NCBI RefSeq assembly: GCF_009914755.1
Contig: NC_060945.1
DNA length: 64,000 nucleotides
Strand: one strand, 5' to 3'
Source: the human T2T-CHM13v2.0 reference genome, Homo sapiens
Shown here: piece by piece, positions 28,672-42,063 of the stretch
Layout: the number at the start of each line of letters is the position of its first letter
Numbering within the stretch: position 1 is the first letter of the stretch
Position numbers and translations under genes: made by a program
The notes under the pieces: model-generated
Seen by the model: the letters and a program-made list of their open reading frames with translations, nothing else
Database searches by the model: none
Told to the model about the DNA's origin: nothing

Positions 28672-29763
28672 ATAATGTTTATATAATACTGAACGTTATC
28701 AATAATTTTTTGCATCAAAACAGATTTGGGTGCCAAATGATATCTTGGATAGAATACATACCAAGCTATCAGAATAATATTAACAATTTGGGAAGGGCAC
28801 AGGTTAAATGTCGGGATCTCATGGTTTTTTGAAGGCTGGGATCGTAGTAGCCCTTTATGTCTTGTAGGACTGTCTGTGGTCTTAGCACTGGATCAGAGTT
28901 ATCCCCGAGTACGTTGGAGTACACTGGAACAGGCCTTAGCTTATGAGTAGCTTACAGACATCCCTGTGAGCTGTGCTCTATTTATTGAAGGGACTGAAAT
29001 GTGCTTCTCATGTTGCACTTTGTTAAAGACTTTGCCTCCCAGGATCTAAGGCTGCCCGTTTAATAAAGCAGGGCTTCACCTTCTGTGAAATCTCTAAGCT
29101 GTCTCTGCTCACTTCTGCCTCTCTGGCACCATTGCCAGGTGGAAGTAATCCATTGCTGTCATTATACTGTATCCTTTAGCTGATAGTGTTTCTGCTTCTG
29201 TGATGGGAGCCTTTTGGAAGTGTTTGATTGTAAAAATCTTTCAAACTGTTCTGAAGAATGCTGTATGTTTTCTTAATTTCATAACACTAACCAATTCCTA
29301 ATATATAATCGACTTCTCATATTTCTTTGTCTCCCAGCTACTAGAATGTAAATTTCACAGTGGCAGGGTTTTCCATCTTTTGTCTTGACAAAGGTGACCT
29401 AACTGCCTAAGTTCCTCTAAATATTTGTTAAATAAACATGGCCCAACTTAGTTGGTATAGGCTGAGATGTGCCTTATCTACTCCAGGCTGTGATGATTAG
29501 GTCTAAGAGTCTCAGAGCACCAGAGTCCCTTGGAAATTGGCTCTTTCCTCAGAATACAGCTTCATTCTGTCCTTGGTGCAGCTTGACTGTGACCTCAACA
29601 TAATCTCTGATTATGACCAACAACATAGAGAATTATGGTAGTAACTGCCTCCTTAGTGTAAGTCCATGGCCCTGCCTAGGCCCATGTTAAAAGCCAAATT
29701 TCAATAATGTAGTGTATACTGGGTTAGGTAGATTAGAATGGAGATATAAAAAATAATATTTCT

Positions 29764-30081
<318 letters not shown>

Positions 30082-31274
30082 CTAATTACTAGCCTAGTAT
30101 AGACACTACTGGGGACCAGGCTACTCCTGTTCGTTGCCTGTAGATGTTTATTATTTTAGCTGGATGGTATAAGTTTGATGATGGACTGTTCATATGTTCT
30201 TGCAAATGCAGTGAACTATATTACACACCATTAATTATAAGTCTTCCACACTCAGATTCTGTGAAAGTCCCCCTAATTTGTTGATGACATAAAGCTCCAC
30301 CTCTACAATCATATGCCTTTTTTAAGGAGTGTCATGAATCCAGATACTGAGATCAGGGACTTACATAAGGCCAACTAAAAAAACCCTTTACAATGTATTT
30401 TACATATATTATAGTTTGTAAGTATAAACATTCAACTACTGTTAATGGACTTCTAAGAGAAGTCGAGTCATTTCTGTGTGTTGGAACCTCCTGTGATCAT
30501 CATCCAGAGGAAGTTTCATATACGCTGGAAATCCAGTTTCATAAAATGTTACCTAAAATGTAATGACCTCAAATGGAGTGTACTCAGTAACTCTAGAATA
30601 GGAAGGATCTTCTGATCTTTGCAAAGATTGCAGAGGCGTCTCTGATGAGATAATTGAGTTCCTTCCTCTGATTTTCTGAATTGAACCTGCAGCAATTCAT
30701 CTTTTTAATCAAGCTGCTAAAGTACAATGGATCTCTGCAGTGATTTAGGATGTCCAGTTCTAGGAAGCATTGTTCTGGGCTTTCAGAATGTAGGAGGAGA
30801 TCTTTGTACTATTTCAGTCTTTTTGATAAACAAGTCATAAAGAAGAAACCAGTTGTCTGAGATTGCCATAAACTGTAAACTCTTTGACAGTAACATAAAG
30901 AGATGGATTAAATTGGAATACAACCAAATTTATCTGGAGGTTCTGAACAAAGGCTGGTCACTGAAGTAATCATAGAATTGACAGCCAAGCACTCCTTTCC
31001 ATCAGTTAAGTAAAGAACGAAATAAACTGTTTACATGATTTTATCCCCCATTCTGAATGGAAGACAAAAGCTTCAGGAACCCTTGATGGCAGATAAAATG
31101 TCCTGTGGAGTCTTCTTGGTAATCATTAGAGCACGTTGTTTTATCATCTGAGACAGTAAGAACCGAAACAATTTAACAATGTCTTCAAAGGCTTTGCTAG
31201 ATTAGACAGTACGAAAAATAAACATCAAGAATGTGGAAACTATCATGTACAAGAAAGACCATGCAATGTTGACT

Positions 31275-31571
31275 CTTTTTTTTATTTTTTCCTCTCTCTC
31301 TTTTGAGACAGAGTCTTGCTCTGAGTCCAGTGGCGCAGTCTCTGCTCACTGCAACCTCTGCCTCCCGGGTTGAAGCAATTCTCCTGCCTAAACCTCCTGA
31401 GTAGCTGGGGTTCCAGGGACCCGCCACTATGCCTGGCTACTTTTTGTATTTTTAGTAGAGACAGGGTTTCACCATGTTGGCCAAGCTGCTCTCAAATTCC
31501 TGACCTCGTGATCTGCCCGCCTCGGGCTTCCAAAGTGCTGGGATTACAGGCATGAGCCACTGTACCGGGCC
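31275..31571 (-). mobile_element. Alu (AluSg-like), antisense, with a small internal deletion
   Basis: Reverse Alu flanked by CAATGTTGA(C/T)T repeats. Confidence 0.93.
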
Positions 31572-33608
31572 CCCAATGTTGATTGTTATGTGATTGGTCT
31601 ACTCACACACATATGGTGAAGAGGTGAGATCCACATATGTAGGCTTGCAGTTATTGGGGAAATCTTAGATAACTGCATCATATTATTGTTCTTGGTTTTT
31701 ATTTCTATTTAGTTTCCTAATGCCTTGAACTTGTGAGTAAAGGGACTGATTGATGAAGTTTAAAAGCATAAGTTCAGGACAGATTCACACACTTTTCATT
31801 ATCTGGAAAAACAACTTGGGTAGAAGAAGTGGAACATTACCTGTGAGTCACAGAATGTGTATTTTTTTGCTGTGAATTTTCTACTTTAAAGTATAGGTAT
31901 TTAATATGCACTGGTAGTACTTTTTTCACATCTGCTGAAGTTCTAGGGTAAGTAATAAAATATTGAGGGGATTTTCAAGATGGCTGACTAGGAACATCAG
32001 ATGCCAGTTCTGCTCAGGACAAAGATCAAAGTGATGAATGGACATTTTCCTAATGGAAAACTAAGGGAAAAGAGCCAAGAATTGTCAGAGTGCCCATGGG
32101 AACTAGGTGGGGTGAAAAAAACAAAAGCAGAGAGAGTCTGGTAGAGATTGACTCCTGAGGTAATCACAACCCCACAGAAAGGGTAAGTGGGAGAGCTTCT
32201 CTGTTTCGTTCACCCCTGCAACAACCTGCTGACTGCCAATCTGCTGGGGAGGCCCTCCACCCTCAGGACCTAAGGAAACACTGTCAGTGGCAGTATAGGA
32301 ACTTGCTGGGGTCAGAGAACCAGGTGGCTGGCTTGCAGCTGAGCCTGAACTCTCCTCAAACATGAACTGAGGTGGCAGGCGCCATACTGTTTGTGCACGC
32401 ATGGTGGGCCACTGCCCTCCCCAGGGAACCTCCACCCTTGAGTCCCTGCACCTTTAATTCTCCCACAAACATACCCACATGACTCTCTCTGACTTTGGCA
32501 AGCACAGGCCAAAGTCAGAGAGAGTGCCTGCGGAGCTGCAGGACCCCTGGACATCTACGTCTAGGTTTGGGCTGCCCCTAAAGGAGAGAAAAGTACAGCT
32601 CCATAAAGCTCATCTTGGGACAAAGGAAACACGGACGTGGCACCAATTGCTGAACAGGGAGGTACTGACGGCCACGAACAGATGTGGAGGGAGGGTCATC
32701 ATTGTGCCTTGCCCCATTCATTGCTGAAGATGAAGCAGTGGTTCTCCCCCTGAGGGTCATCATGTTTGTACCTGGAGAAGGTGCTCTTCACACTTTTTGC
32801 GGTGGCTCCACTCCCCCTGAAAATGAGGATGTGCAGCTTGGACTTACAAAAAGAGTGGGGCCCAACTTCCCCTCCCAACACAGTGTGGCAGCATCCCAGC
32901 AACAGAGGACAGACAAGCCATAGAGTTGTCTGCTCTGGACTGAGAGAAGAGTCTCTGTGCTGAGCCCATTTTGGTGGTAGCCACCAGAGGGGCATATTCA
33001 TGGTCCACAGCCACACTGTGGCCAGGAACCAAAGCACAAAAACCGTATGAACTGAAAGTCGTAAGTCCTGCAGTAGCAGCATGATAGGGAAGAGGATTTC
33101 TATCTTTCCTACTCAGGATGAGGAGCTGGTGCATCCCCCAGCCCCTTCTCTGAGACCTCAGTACACCTCAACACAATTTCCCTCTAAACCCCACCCCTAG
33201 TCAGGGTGGATGGCTCCACACTTAAACAGCCTACCAGAGGATGAGCTGGTTCCTACTCTTAAATGCCACCTACTGAACTGGAGCCCAAAATTCACCACCA
33301 AATAAAAAACCTGCTGCTAGAATGGCTTAGTGCTAGTTCATGTGATAGGATTACTGAGACCTCTGCACCCTCAGCCCAGCAGGACATAGTTTGTTGGATT
33401 AAATGTACAATGGATTGCTACAAGAAGAACCATCTGAGAAAGCCACAGCACAGAAGCTGTCCACAACCAAAACACTCATTACAGAGCCTTGGGCCCCTGA
33501 AAGCACCCAGCAATGAATCCAAACAACCATACACAACATAAATCACAGTCATACCCTCAAGGAACAAAATAATTTTTTAAAAGTTACATCCAAATAAAAA
33601 TAAGAAGC

Positions 33609-33610
<2 letters not shown>

Positions 33611-33646
<36 letters not shown>
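33611..33646. repeat. (CA)18 microsatellite inside the L1
   Basis: Read directly from the sequence. Confidence 0.95.
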
Positions 33647-33648
<2 letters not shown>

Positions 33649-36395
33649 GGATTCAGGATGTGAAAGACAAGATAGCTATATTAAAAAAATAGAACATCTG
33701 GAATTGAAATTTCACTAAAGAAATTTCAAAATAAAAGTGGAATTATGAGCAATAGAATAGATCAAGCAGAAGAAACAATTTTAGAGATTGAAGAGCAATT
33801 TTACAAATTAACCCAGTCAGACAAAAATAAAGAAAAATAGAATTAAAAAGAACAAATCCTTCAAGAGATGTGGGATTATGTAAAACAACCAAACCCACGA
33901 CTTATTGGCATTCCTGAGATAGAAGAAAAAGCGAGCAACATGGAAAACATAATTGAGGGAATAATAATTCCAAAAAAAAATCCTAATCTTCCTAGAGAGA
34001 TAGATATCCAGATACAAGAAATTCAGACAACCACCTGCAAGTTACAGTACAAGATGACCATAACCAAGGTAAATAGTCATCAAACTATCTAAAGTCAACA
34101 CAAAAGAAAAAAAAATCTTAAGGCAGCTAAGGAAAAGTTACAAATTACCTATGAAGGAAATCTCATCAGAGTAACAGCGGACTTTTCAGCAGAAATTTCA
34201 CCAGGCCAGAAGAGACTGGGGGCTTCTTTTTAGCCTTCTTGAAGAAAAAAAAAAAATGCCAGCCAAGAATTTTATTTCTTGCCAAACTAACCTTTATAAA
34301 TAAAGAAAAATAAAGTCTTTCCCAGACAAGCCAAGAGTAAGGAAATTTGTCACCACCAGACCACCACTACAAGAAATGCTCAAAGGAGTCCTAAACATTG
34401 AAATAAAGGTCAGTACTTCCTTTAATAAAAGCATATGTAAGTACAGAGTTCACAGATCCTGTAAATCCATTACATGACTGAGACTACAAAGCAACTAGCT
34501 AACAGCACTATCACAGGAACAAAACCTCACATACCAATATTAACCTTGAGCTGAAATAGTCTGATTTTTCCACTTAAAAGACATAGATTGGCAAATTGGA
34601 TTAAAAAAAATACTCAACCACCATCTTTTGCCTTCAAGAGACCTGTCTCATGTGTATTGATGCCCACAGTCCCAAAAGATTGAAGTAAAGTTATGTCACA
34701 CAAATGTAAAACAAAAAAAAGAACAAGGGATACTCTTTTTGTATCATATGTAACAGATTTTAAACCAACAACAGTAGAAAAAAAAAGAATGGAATTATTT
34801 AGTGATAAAGGTTTCAATTCAACAAGAAGATTTAACTGTCCTAGATATGTACACACAACATCAGCACAGCCAGATTTAAAAAATAACAATTACTACTACA
34901 CCTAAGAGACAGAAAGCAATACAATAATAGTGGAGGACATCAGGACCCCACTTACATCTCTAGATCATCAAGGCAGAAAACTAACAAGAAAATCTGGACG
35001 TAAATTGGACTGTTGACAAAATGTACCTAATAGATATCTACAAAACATCTACCCAACAGCTGGAAAATGCTTTTTTTTCCCCTCATCTGTGCATGGGGCA
35101 CTCTCTAAAATTGACCACATGCTTGGTAATCAAGCCAGTCTCAATAAATTCAAAAGGATAAAAATTATGCCAAATATTTTGTCGGACAACAGTGGAATAA
35201 AATTTGAATGCAATACCAAGTGGAACTCTCAAAACCACACAATTACATGGAAGTTAAACAACCTGTTCCTGATTGACCTACTTCTGAATGACTTTTAGGT
35301 AATTAACAAAGTTAAGAAAATAATCAAAAAATTTTTGAAACAAATGAAAATAGAGACACAACATACCAAAATTGTTGGGATACAGCAAAAGTTGTGTTAA
35401 GATGAAAGCAGTAGTGCTAAATGCCTACATCAAAATGATAGAAAGATCTCAAATTTACAACCTAACATTGCACCTTAAGAAACTAGAAAAACAAGAAAAA
35501 ATCAAACCCAAAGCTAGCAGAAACATGAAACAGCAAAGGTCACGGAAGAAATGCATGAAACTGAGACCAAAAAATCATACAAAGAATTAATGAAATAAAA
35601 AGTTAATTATTTGAAAGGTTAAACAAAGGTGATAGATGGCTAGCTAGATTAACTAAGAAAAAAGAGCAGATTCAAGTAAGAACAGTCAGAAATGAAATAG
35701 GTGACATTGCAACTGATACCACACAAATAAAAGAAATACTCAAAGACCACTATGAACATCTCTATGCATACAAACTAGGAACCTTAGAGGAAATGTATAA
35801 ATTCCTGGAAACACACAACCTTCCAAGAATGAACCAGGAAGAAATAGAAACTCTGAACAGAACAATAACAAGTTACAAACTTGAATCAGTAATAAATAAT
35901 CCACCAACCACAGGAAGCCCACGACCAGACAGATTCACAGCCACATTCTACCAGATGTACAAAGCAGAGCTAGTACTAATCTTATTGAATATGTTTCTAA
36001 AAATCAGGGAGAAGGGGTTTCTTCCTAACTCATTCTATTAAACCAGTATTACCCTGATACCAAAATCTGACAAGAACACACACACACCAAAGAGAAAACT
36101 ACAGGCTAATATCCCTGATGAATATAGATGCAAAAATATTCAACAAAATACTTGCAAGAAAAATCAAAGAATACATCTCAAAATAATAAGAGCTATATTT
36201 GACTAACCAATGGCCGACATCATACTGAATGAGCAAAAGTTGAAAGAATTTCCCTTAAGAACTGGTTCAGAAACAGAATATCCTCTCTCACCACTCCTAT
36301 TCAATAAAATAGTGGAAGACCTAGCCAGAACAATCAGTCAAAAAAAAAAAAAAAAAAAAAAAGATGTCTTGCAAATAGGAAAAGTGGAAGTCAGA

Positions 36396-36741
36396 TGTAT
36401 TAGTCCATTTTCACACTGGTGGTAAATACATACCTCAAACTGGGCAATTAACAAAATAAACATATTTAATGGACTCACAGTTCCACGTGGCTGGGGAGGC
36501 CTCACAATCATGGCAGAAGGTGAAAGTCAAGTCTCAGATGGCAGCAGAGAGAGAAGAGAGCTTGTGCAGAGAAACTCCCCTTTTTAAAATCATCAGCTCT
36601 CATGAAACTTATTCACTGTCATGAGAACAGCATGGGAAAGACCTGCCCCCATGATTCAATTACCTCCCACCGGGTCACTCCCACAACAACATGTGGGAAT
36701 TCAATATGAGATTTGGGTGGGGACACAGCCAAACCATATTA
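36396..36741 (-). mobile_element. THE1 (THE1B-like) solo LTR nested in L1 ORF2
   Basis: Reverse complement of the THE1 start (ATATGGTTTGGCTGTGTCCCCACCCAAATCTCAT); 5-bp TSD TCAGA/TCAAA; the L1 sequence resumes seamlessly. Confidence 0.93.
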
Positions 36742-38317
36742 TCAAATTATCCCTCTTCTCTGACAACATGATCCTATACCTAGAAAACACTGATGATTCC
36801 TCCAGTGGACTTCCAGACCTGATCAATGACTTCAGTAAAGTTTCATGATACAAAATTAATGTGCAAAAATCAGTTGCATTTCTATATGCCAACAATGCTG
36901 AAGCAGAGAATCAAATCAAGAGCTCCATTTTATTTACAACTGCCACAAAAAATAAAATAAAATAAAATACCTAGGAATACATTTAACCAAGGAAATGAAA
37001 GATCTCTACAAGGTGAACTAGAAAACGCTGATCAAAGAAATTGTAGATAATACAAAGAAATAGAAAAACATCCCATGCTAATGGATAGGAAAAATCAATA
37101 TTGTTAAAATAACAATACTTTCCAAAGTAATCTACAAATTCAATGAAATTCATATAAAATTACCACCCAATTGTTCAAAAAATTTTTTAAAAATCTACAA
37201 TTCATAATGGACCACACAAGAGCCAAATACCCAAAGCAATCCTAAGCAAAAACAACAGAGCCAAAGGCACCACATTGCCTGACTTCAAACTATACCACAA
37301 GAATATATAACAAAAACAGCATATTACTGGTTCAAAAATAGATACATAGATCAATGAAACAGAATAGACAATGCAAAAATATAGCCACACACCTACAACC
37401 AACTGATCTTTCTCAAAGTTGACAAAAATAAACAATGGGGAAAGGATGGCTATTCAATAAATGATGCTGAGTAAACAGGCTAAACGTATGCAGAAGAATT
37501 AAACTGGACCCCTAATTTGAACCACGCACAAAAAGTAGCTCAAGATGAATTAAGGACTTAAATATAAAGTCCAAAAACATAAAAATCCTAAAAGAAATGT
37601 CCTTTGGGACATTAGCCTAGGCAAAGAATTTATGATGAAGATCATAAAGCAAATGCAACAAAACCAAAAATAGACAAATGGGATTTAAGTAAGCTAAAGA
37701 TCTGCACAGCAAAAGAAACCATCAACAAAACCCACAGAAAACTTACAAAATTGGGAGAAAATATTTGCAAACTATGCCTCTGACAAAGGATTGATACCCA
37801 GAATCTATAGGGAACTTAAACAAATCAACAAGAAATGAACAAATAACCCTGTTAAAAACTGGGCACAGGAAATGAACAGATACCTCTTAAAAGAAGACAT
37901 ACAAGTGGCCAACAAAGATATGAATAAATGCTAAACATCAGTAATCATCAGAGAAATGCAAATTAAAACCATAATGCAATAACATTTGACACCAGCCAGA
38001 ATGGCTATTATTAAAAAGTCAAAAACTAACAGATGTTGGTGAGGCTGAGATGAAAAGGAAACACTTATACATCATCAATGGGAATGTAAATTAGTTCAAC
38101 CCCAATAGAAAACAGTCTGGAGATTTCTCAAAGAGCTAAAAATAGAACTACCATTTGACCTAGCAATTCCATTATTCAGTACCTAAGCAAAGGAAAACAA
38201 ATCACTTTTCAAAATGACACCTGGACTTGTATGTTTATAATAGCACTATTCACAATAGAAAAGTTATAGAATCAACCTAAGTGTCAATCAATGTTGGATT
38301 ATATAAATGAAATGTGA

Positions 38318-39461
38318 TGTGTATGTATGTGTGTGTGCATATATATATATACACACACACACATATATACACACACATACATACACACACATACATCATT
38401 TTGTTAAGATCTTTGGCATAAGTGTGTATATATATACATATATATATATTCCACTATATATATACATATATATATATTCCACTATATATATACACACACG
38501 TATATATATTCCACTTTATATACACACATGCACACGCACACACGTGTGTGTGTGTTCATAGTGGGATATATATATGTGTGTGTATATATATACACATATA
38601 TTAGATATACACATATATATGTGTGTGTATATATATGTGTATGTGTATATATACACATATATATTATATATGTGTATGTGTATATATACACATATATATT
38701 ATATATGTGTATGTGTATATATACACATATATATTATATATGTGTATGTGTATATATATACACATATATATTATATATGTGTATGTGTATATATATACAC
38801 ATATATATTATATATGTGTATATGTATATATACACATATATATTATATATATATGTGTCTGTATATATATACACATATATATTATATATATGTGTCTGTG
38901 TATATATATACACATATATATGTGTCTGTGTATATATGTACACATATATACTATATATGTGTATGTGTATATATATACACACATATATTATATATACATA
39001 TATAATATATATACATACATATATTATATATACATATATAATATATATACATATATACTTATATATATTATATATGTATATATAATATATGTGTGTATGT
39101 ATGTGTGTATATAGTATATTATATTATATATATGCATGTGTATGTGTATATATACGTATATACACACATATATGTACACATATGTGTGTATATATACGTG
39201 TATACATACACGTATATATACACATATATAATATATATGTGTATGTATGTATATATTATATTATATATACACATACACATATATGTACACACATATATTA
39301 TATATGTGTATATATAATATATGTGTGTATATATATTATATATACACACATATATAATATATGTGTGTATATATATTATATATACACATATATAATATAT
39401 GTGTGTATATATACACATACACACATATGTGTGTATGTATATATGTATGTATATATGTATA
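38318..39461. repeat. ~1.1 kb TA/TG/CA compound VNTR with a 35-bp higher-order unit
   Basis: Unit ATGTGTATATATACACATATATATTATATATGTGT repeats from ~38640 to ~38990; it interrupts the L1 at the ...aaatgtg/gtggaatactac site. Confidence 0.95.
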
Positions 39462-40331
39462 AGTGGAATACTACACAGACATTAAAAAAAATGCAGTCAT
39501 GTCCTTCACAGTAACATGGAGCTAGAGGCCATTATCCTATGTGAAATAACTCAGAAACAGAAAAACAAATGCCACATATTCTCACTTATAAGTGGGAGCT
39601 AAGCAACGGATACACATGGATATATAGGTGGACATTGGGGACTTCAAAATGGGGAAAAAGGAGAGGGGGAAATGTGTTGAATAATGACCTACTGAGTACT
39701 ACTCACTGTGTTCACCATTTGGGTGATGGGCTCAAACCCAAACCTCAGCATTACTCAACTACTCATGTAACAAACCTGCACATGTACCCCTGAATCTATA
39801 ATAAAAAATTATAGTATAAAAGATTGTTTTATTATTCATACAACCAGCTCTGTTTTCAGATGTAATGATTGAATGAAAAATATTAATGAATAAGTGAGGG
39901 TGTTATTTTGATTTTGAAGCCTATCTAGAACTCAGTGATACGGTAATAGTCACCTTTCTTTAGAATCAATCAATTAGAATATATTCAAATGTTTTTGCTT
40001 CCTTCTACCTGATATTTTAAAAAAATGGTTTGATTTTAAAAACCCTTTCAAAAATATGAGTAAAATAATTAACTCCTTTTCTGGGGATGACAGTGGGGAG
40101 TAGAGTTGCATCTTTTTATTTGGGAAATTTAGACTTAAACATACTGTTTTTTTACTCATTCAACTAATTCAACTACTGTATTCCTAAATTATTTAAGTAA
40201 CATTATAGATGTCTGCAATGTTCCAGCCTCTGAGAATGACCATGAGGTTTCATAAATTCAATAAGACATTCTCTTTTCTCAGCAAAAATTGCATTCTAAT
40301 TAGAGATATGGCCATATAAACAAATAATTAT

Positions 40332-40778
40332 GCGGTACTATTCACAATAGCAAAGACTTGGAACCAACCCAAATGTCCATAAATGGTAGACGTATTAAGA
40401 AAATGTGGCACATATACACTATGGAATACTATGCAGCCATAAAAAAGGATGAGTGCGTGTCCTTTGTAGGGACATGGATGAAGCTGGAAACCATCATTCT
40501 CAGCAAACTATCACAGGGACAAAAAAACAAACACCGTGTGTTCTCACTCATAGGTGGGAATTGAACAATGAGAACTCATGGACACAGCAAGGGGAACATC
40601 ACACACCGGGGCCTGTTGTGGGGTGGGTGGAGGGGGGAGGGCTAGCATTAGGAGATATACCTAATGTAAATGACGAGTTAATGGGTGCAGCACACCAACA
40701 TGGCACATGTATACATATGCAACAAACCTGCACGTTGTGCACATGTACCCTAGAACTTAAAGTATAATAAAAAATAAT
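40332..40778 (+). mobile_element. 5'-truncated L1PA (L1PA4/5-like) 3' end with TSD
   Basis: Close to the young L1 3'UTR consensus; AATAATTATGC at 40323-40333 and 40779-40789. Confidence 0.94.
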
Positions 40779-40820
40779 AATAATTATGCCCAAAATGAGC
40801 TGTGGGAGCACACAGAGAGA

Positions 40821-40947
40821 CATATGCAGGTTTGTTGCACAGGTAAACTTGTGTCATAGGAGTTCATTGTACAGATTATTTCATCACGCAGCTATTAAGC
40901 CTAGGTACCAATTAGTTATTTTTCCTAATCCTCTCCCTTCTCCCACC
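40821..40947 (-). mobile_element. Short older L1PA (L1PA13-16-like) 3'UTR fragment without poly(A)
   Basis: tgcaggtttgttgcacaggtaaacttgtgtcat...tacagattatttcatcac...tcctctcccttctcccacc. Confidence 0.8.
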
Positions 40948-42049
40948 AAGGAGATATCTGATGTGTAAATAACAACTCACCAGGGGAAGCAGTTGGGAAA
41001 AGAGTCATACTTCCATGTGACCAAATTTGAAGCATACTGCACAGTTTAATATTTAATTATGTTTATTATCATACTAGTTAGACATAAATAAAGCACTTTT
41101 GATACTATTACAATTTTTCTTAGCATTGATTGAGAAACTTGGTGACTCCAAGCATACTTGTTACATTATAATAAGCTTTGTTTAGTACACAATGTTCTTC
41201 AAATATTTACTAAGGCAATAGACTGTTTTCATTTTGCTTTATAAGAATAAAACTTTAAATTTTGCACTGCATTTCCTATTCCTCACCAGGGTAATAGAGT
41301 ATTTGAATATTTGAGTATTATTTGCTTATAACTTCTACAGCTTGTTGTACAACCTTACCTGGGCTGGAAATCTTAAGCATGTCAGTCAACATCATCAAAT
41401 GTAGGAAAACTAATTTTGTTTAAATAAATTCCATTTAAATTTGGATTGTGTAAAGATTTTTCACAGTTCATTTGGAAGAAAAAAAATTGTAGATACAATT
41501 TTGATTGGCAATCTCCACTCAGAGGTGTACAAATATGGAGCAATTTTCTTGTGTGAAACAAACAAAAATTACATACATTTGTCTTTGCGAGCTCCTCTAG
41601 AGTTAAGAGGAAGAGTTACTATTACAGCATTTAACATTTACTGATTATTTACAATGTGTCAAACACTGATTTAAATTCTTTATACTATTTCTTGTAAATA
41701 TAATGGAGCTAGTATTGAATTCACAGTTTTATGTAAGAAAGTCCTAAAGACAGAAAGTTTGTTTCTTGCAGTTTATACAGTTAATTGGATATCTCATAGA
41801 TAGACTCTTGGTTTAATATACCTTCCTGAGATATCACCTGTATATCTCATGAGAAGGGAAAATGTGCTTATATACGGCTGTGGCTACTGGTGGACCCTTA
41901 GATACATGCTCATATTCTGCTCATTGGTTCGGCTGCAGCATTTTTGGCTCTTGTGAATTTCTGACTCTTTGAACTGCTTATTTAGAGAAATTCCTGGTGA
42001 ATATGTGGTTTGCACGCATGACTCGGTCTAAGTCAAGGGGCTCCCTCAT

Positions 42050-42063
42050 GTTGCCATGGCACC
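42050..42063. promoter_or_regulatory. RFX X-box-like motif
   Basis: GTTGCCATGGCACC, a 13/14 match to the palindrome GTTGCCATGGCAAC. Confidence 0.5.

Larger units (their letters stand above)
31966..39815 (+). mobile_element. Near-full-length, inactive L1PB-type (L1PB3-like) LINE-1 in sense orientation
   Basis: 5' end with YY1 motif CAAGATGGC (31976-31984); GC-richer 5'UTR; broken ORF1 (WDYVKQPNPRLIGIPE) and ORF2 ([42 protein letters not shown]); L1PB 3'UTR; flanking ATAAAA(T/G)ATTG repeats at 31955-31965 and 39816-39826. Confidence 0.92.

Noticed and set aside
32979-32996. CTCF-like GCCACCAGAGGGGCA in the L1 5'UTR
   Set aside because: An extra G displaces the conserved GGC of the core, so the match is weak.
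32103-33541. Cluster of 60-127 aa ORFs on both strands
   Set aside because: They lie in the GC-richer L1 5'UTR, show no recognisable domain and overlap inconsistently.
33868-37435. L1 ORF1/ORF2 peptide fragments as functional genes
   Set aside because: Many stops, frameshifts and deletions, a decayed RT catalytic motif and an LTR insertion; the element is dead.
38307-39514. Long ORFs (up to 185 aa) rich in Y/I/C/V/H/T
   Set aside because: Artefacts of the stop-poor TA/TG/CA repeat.
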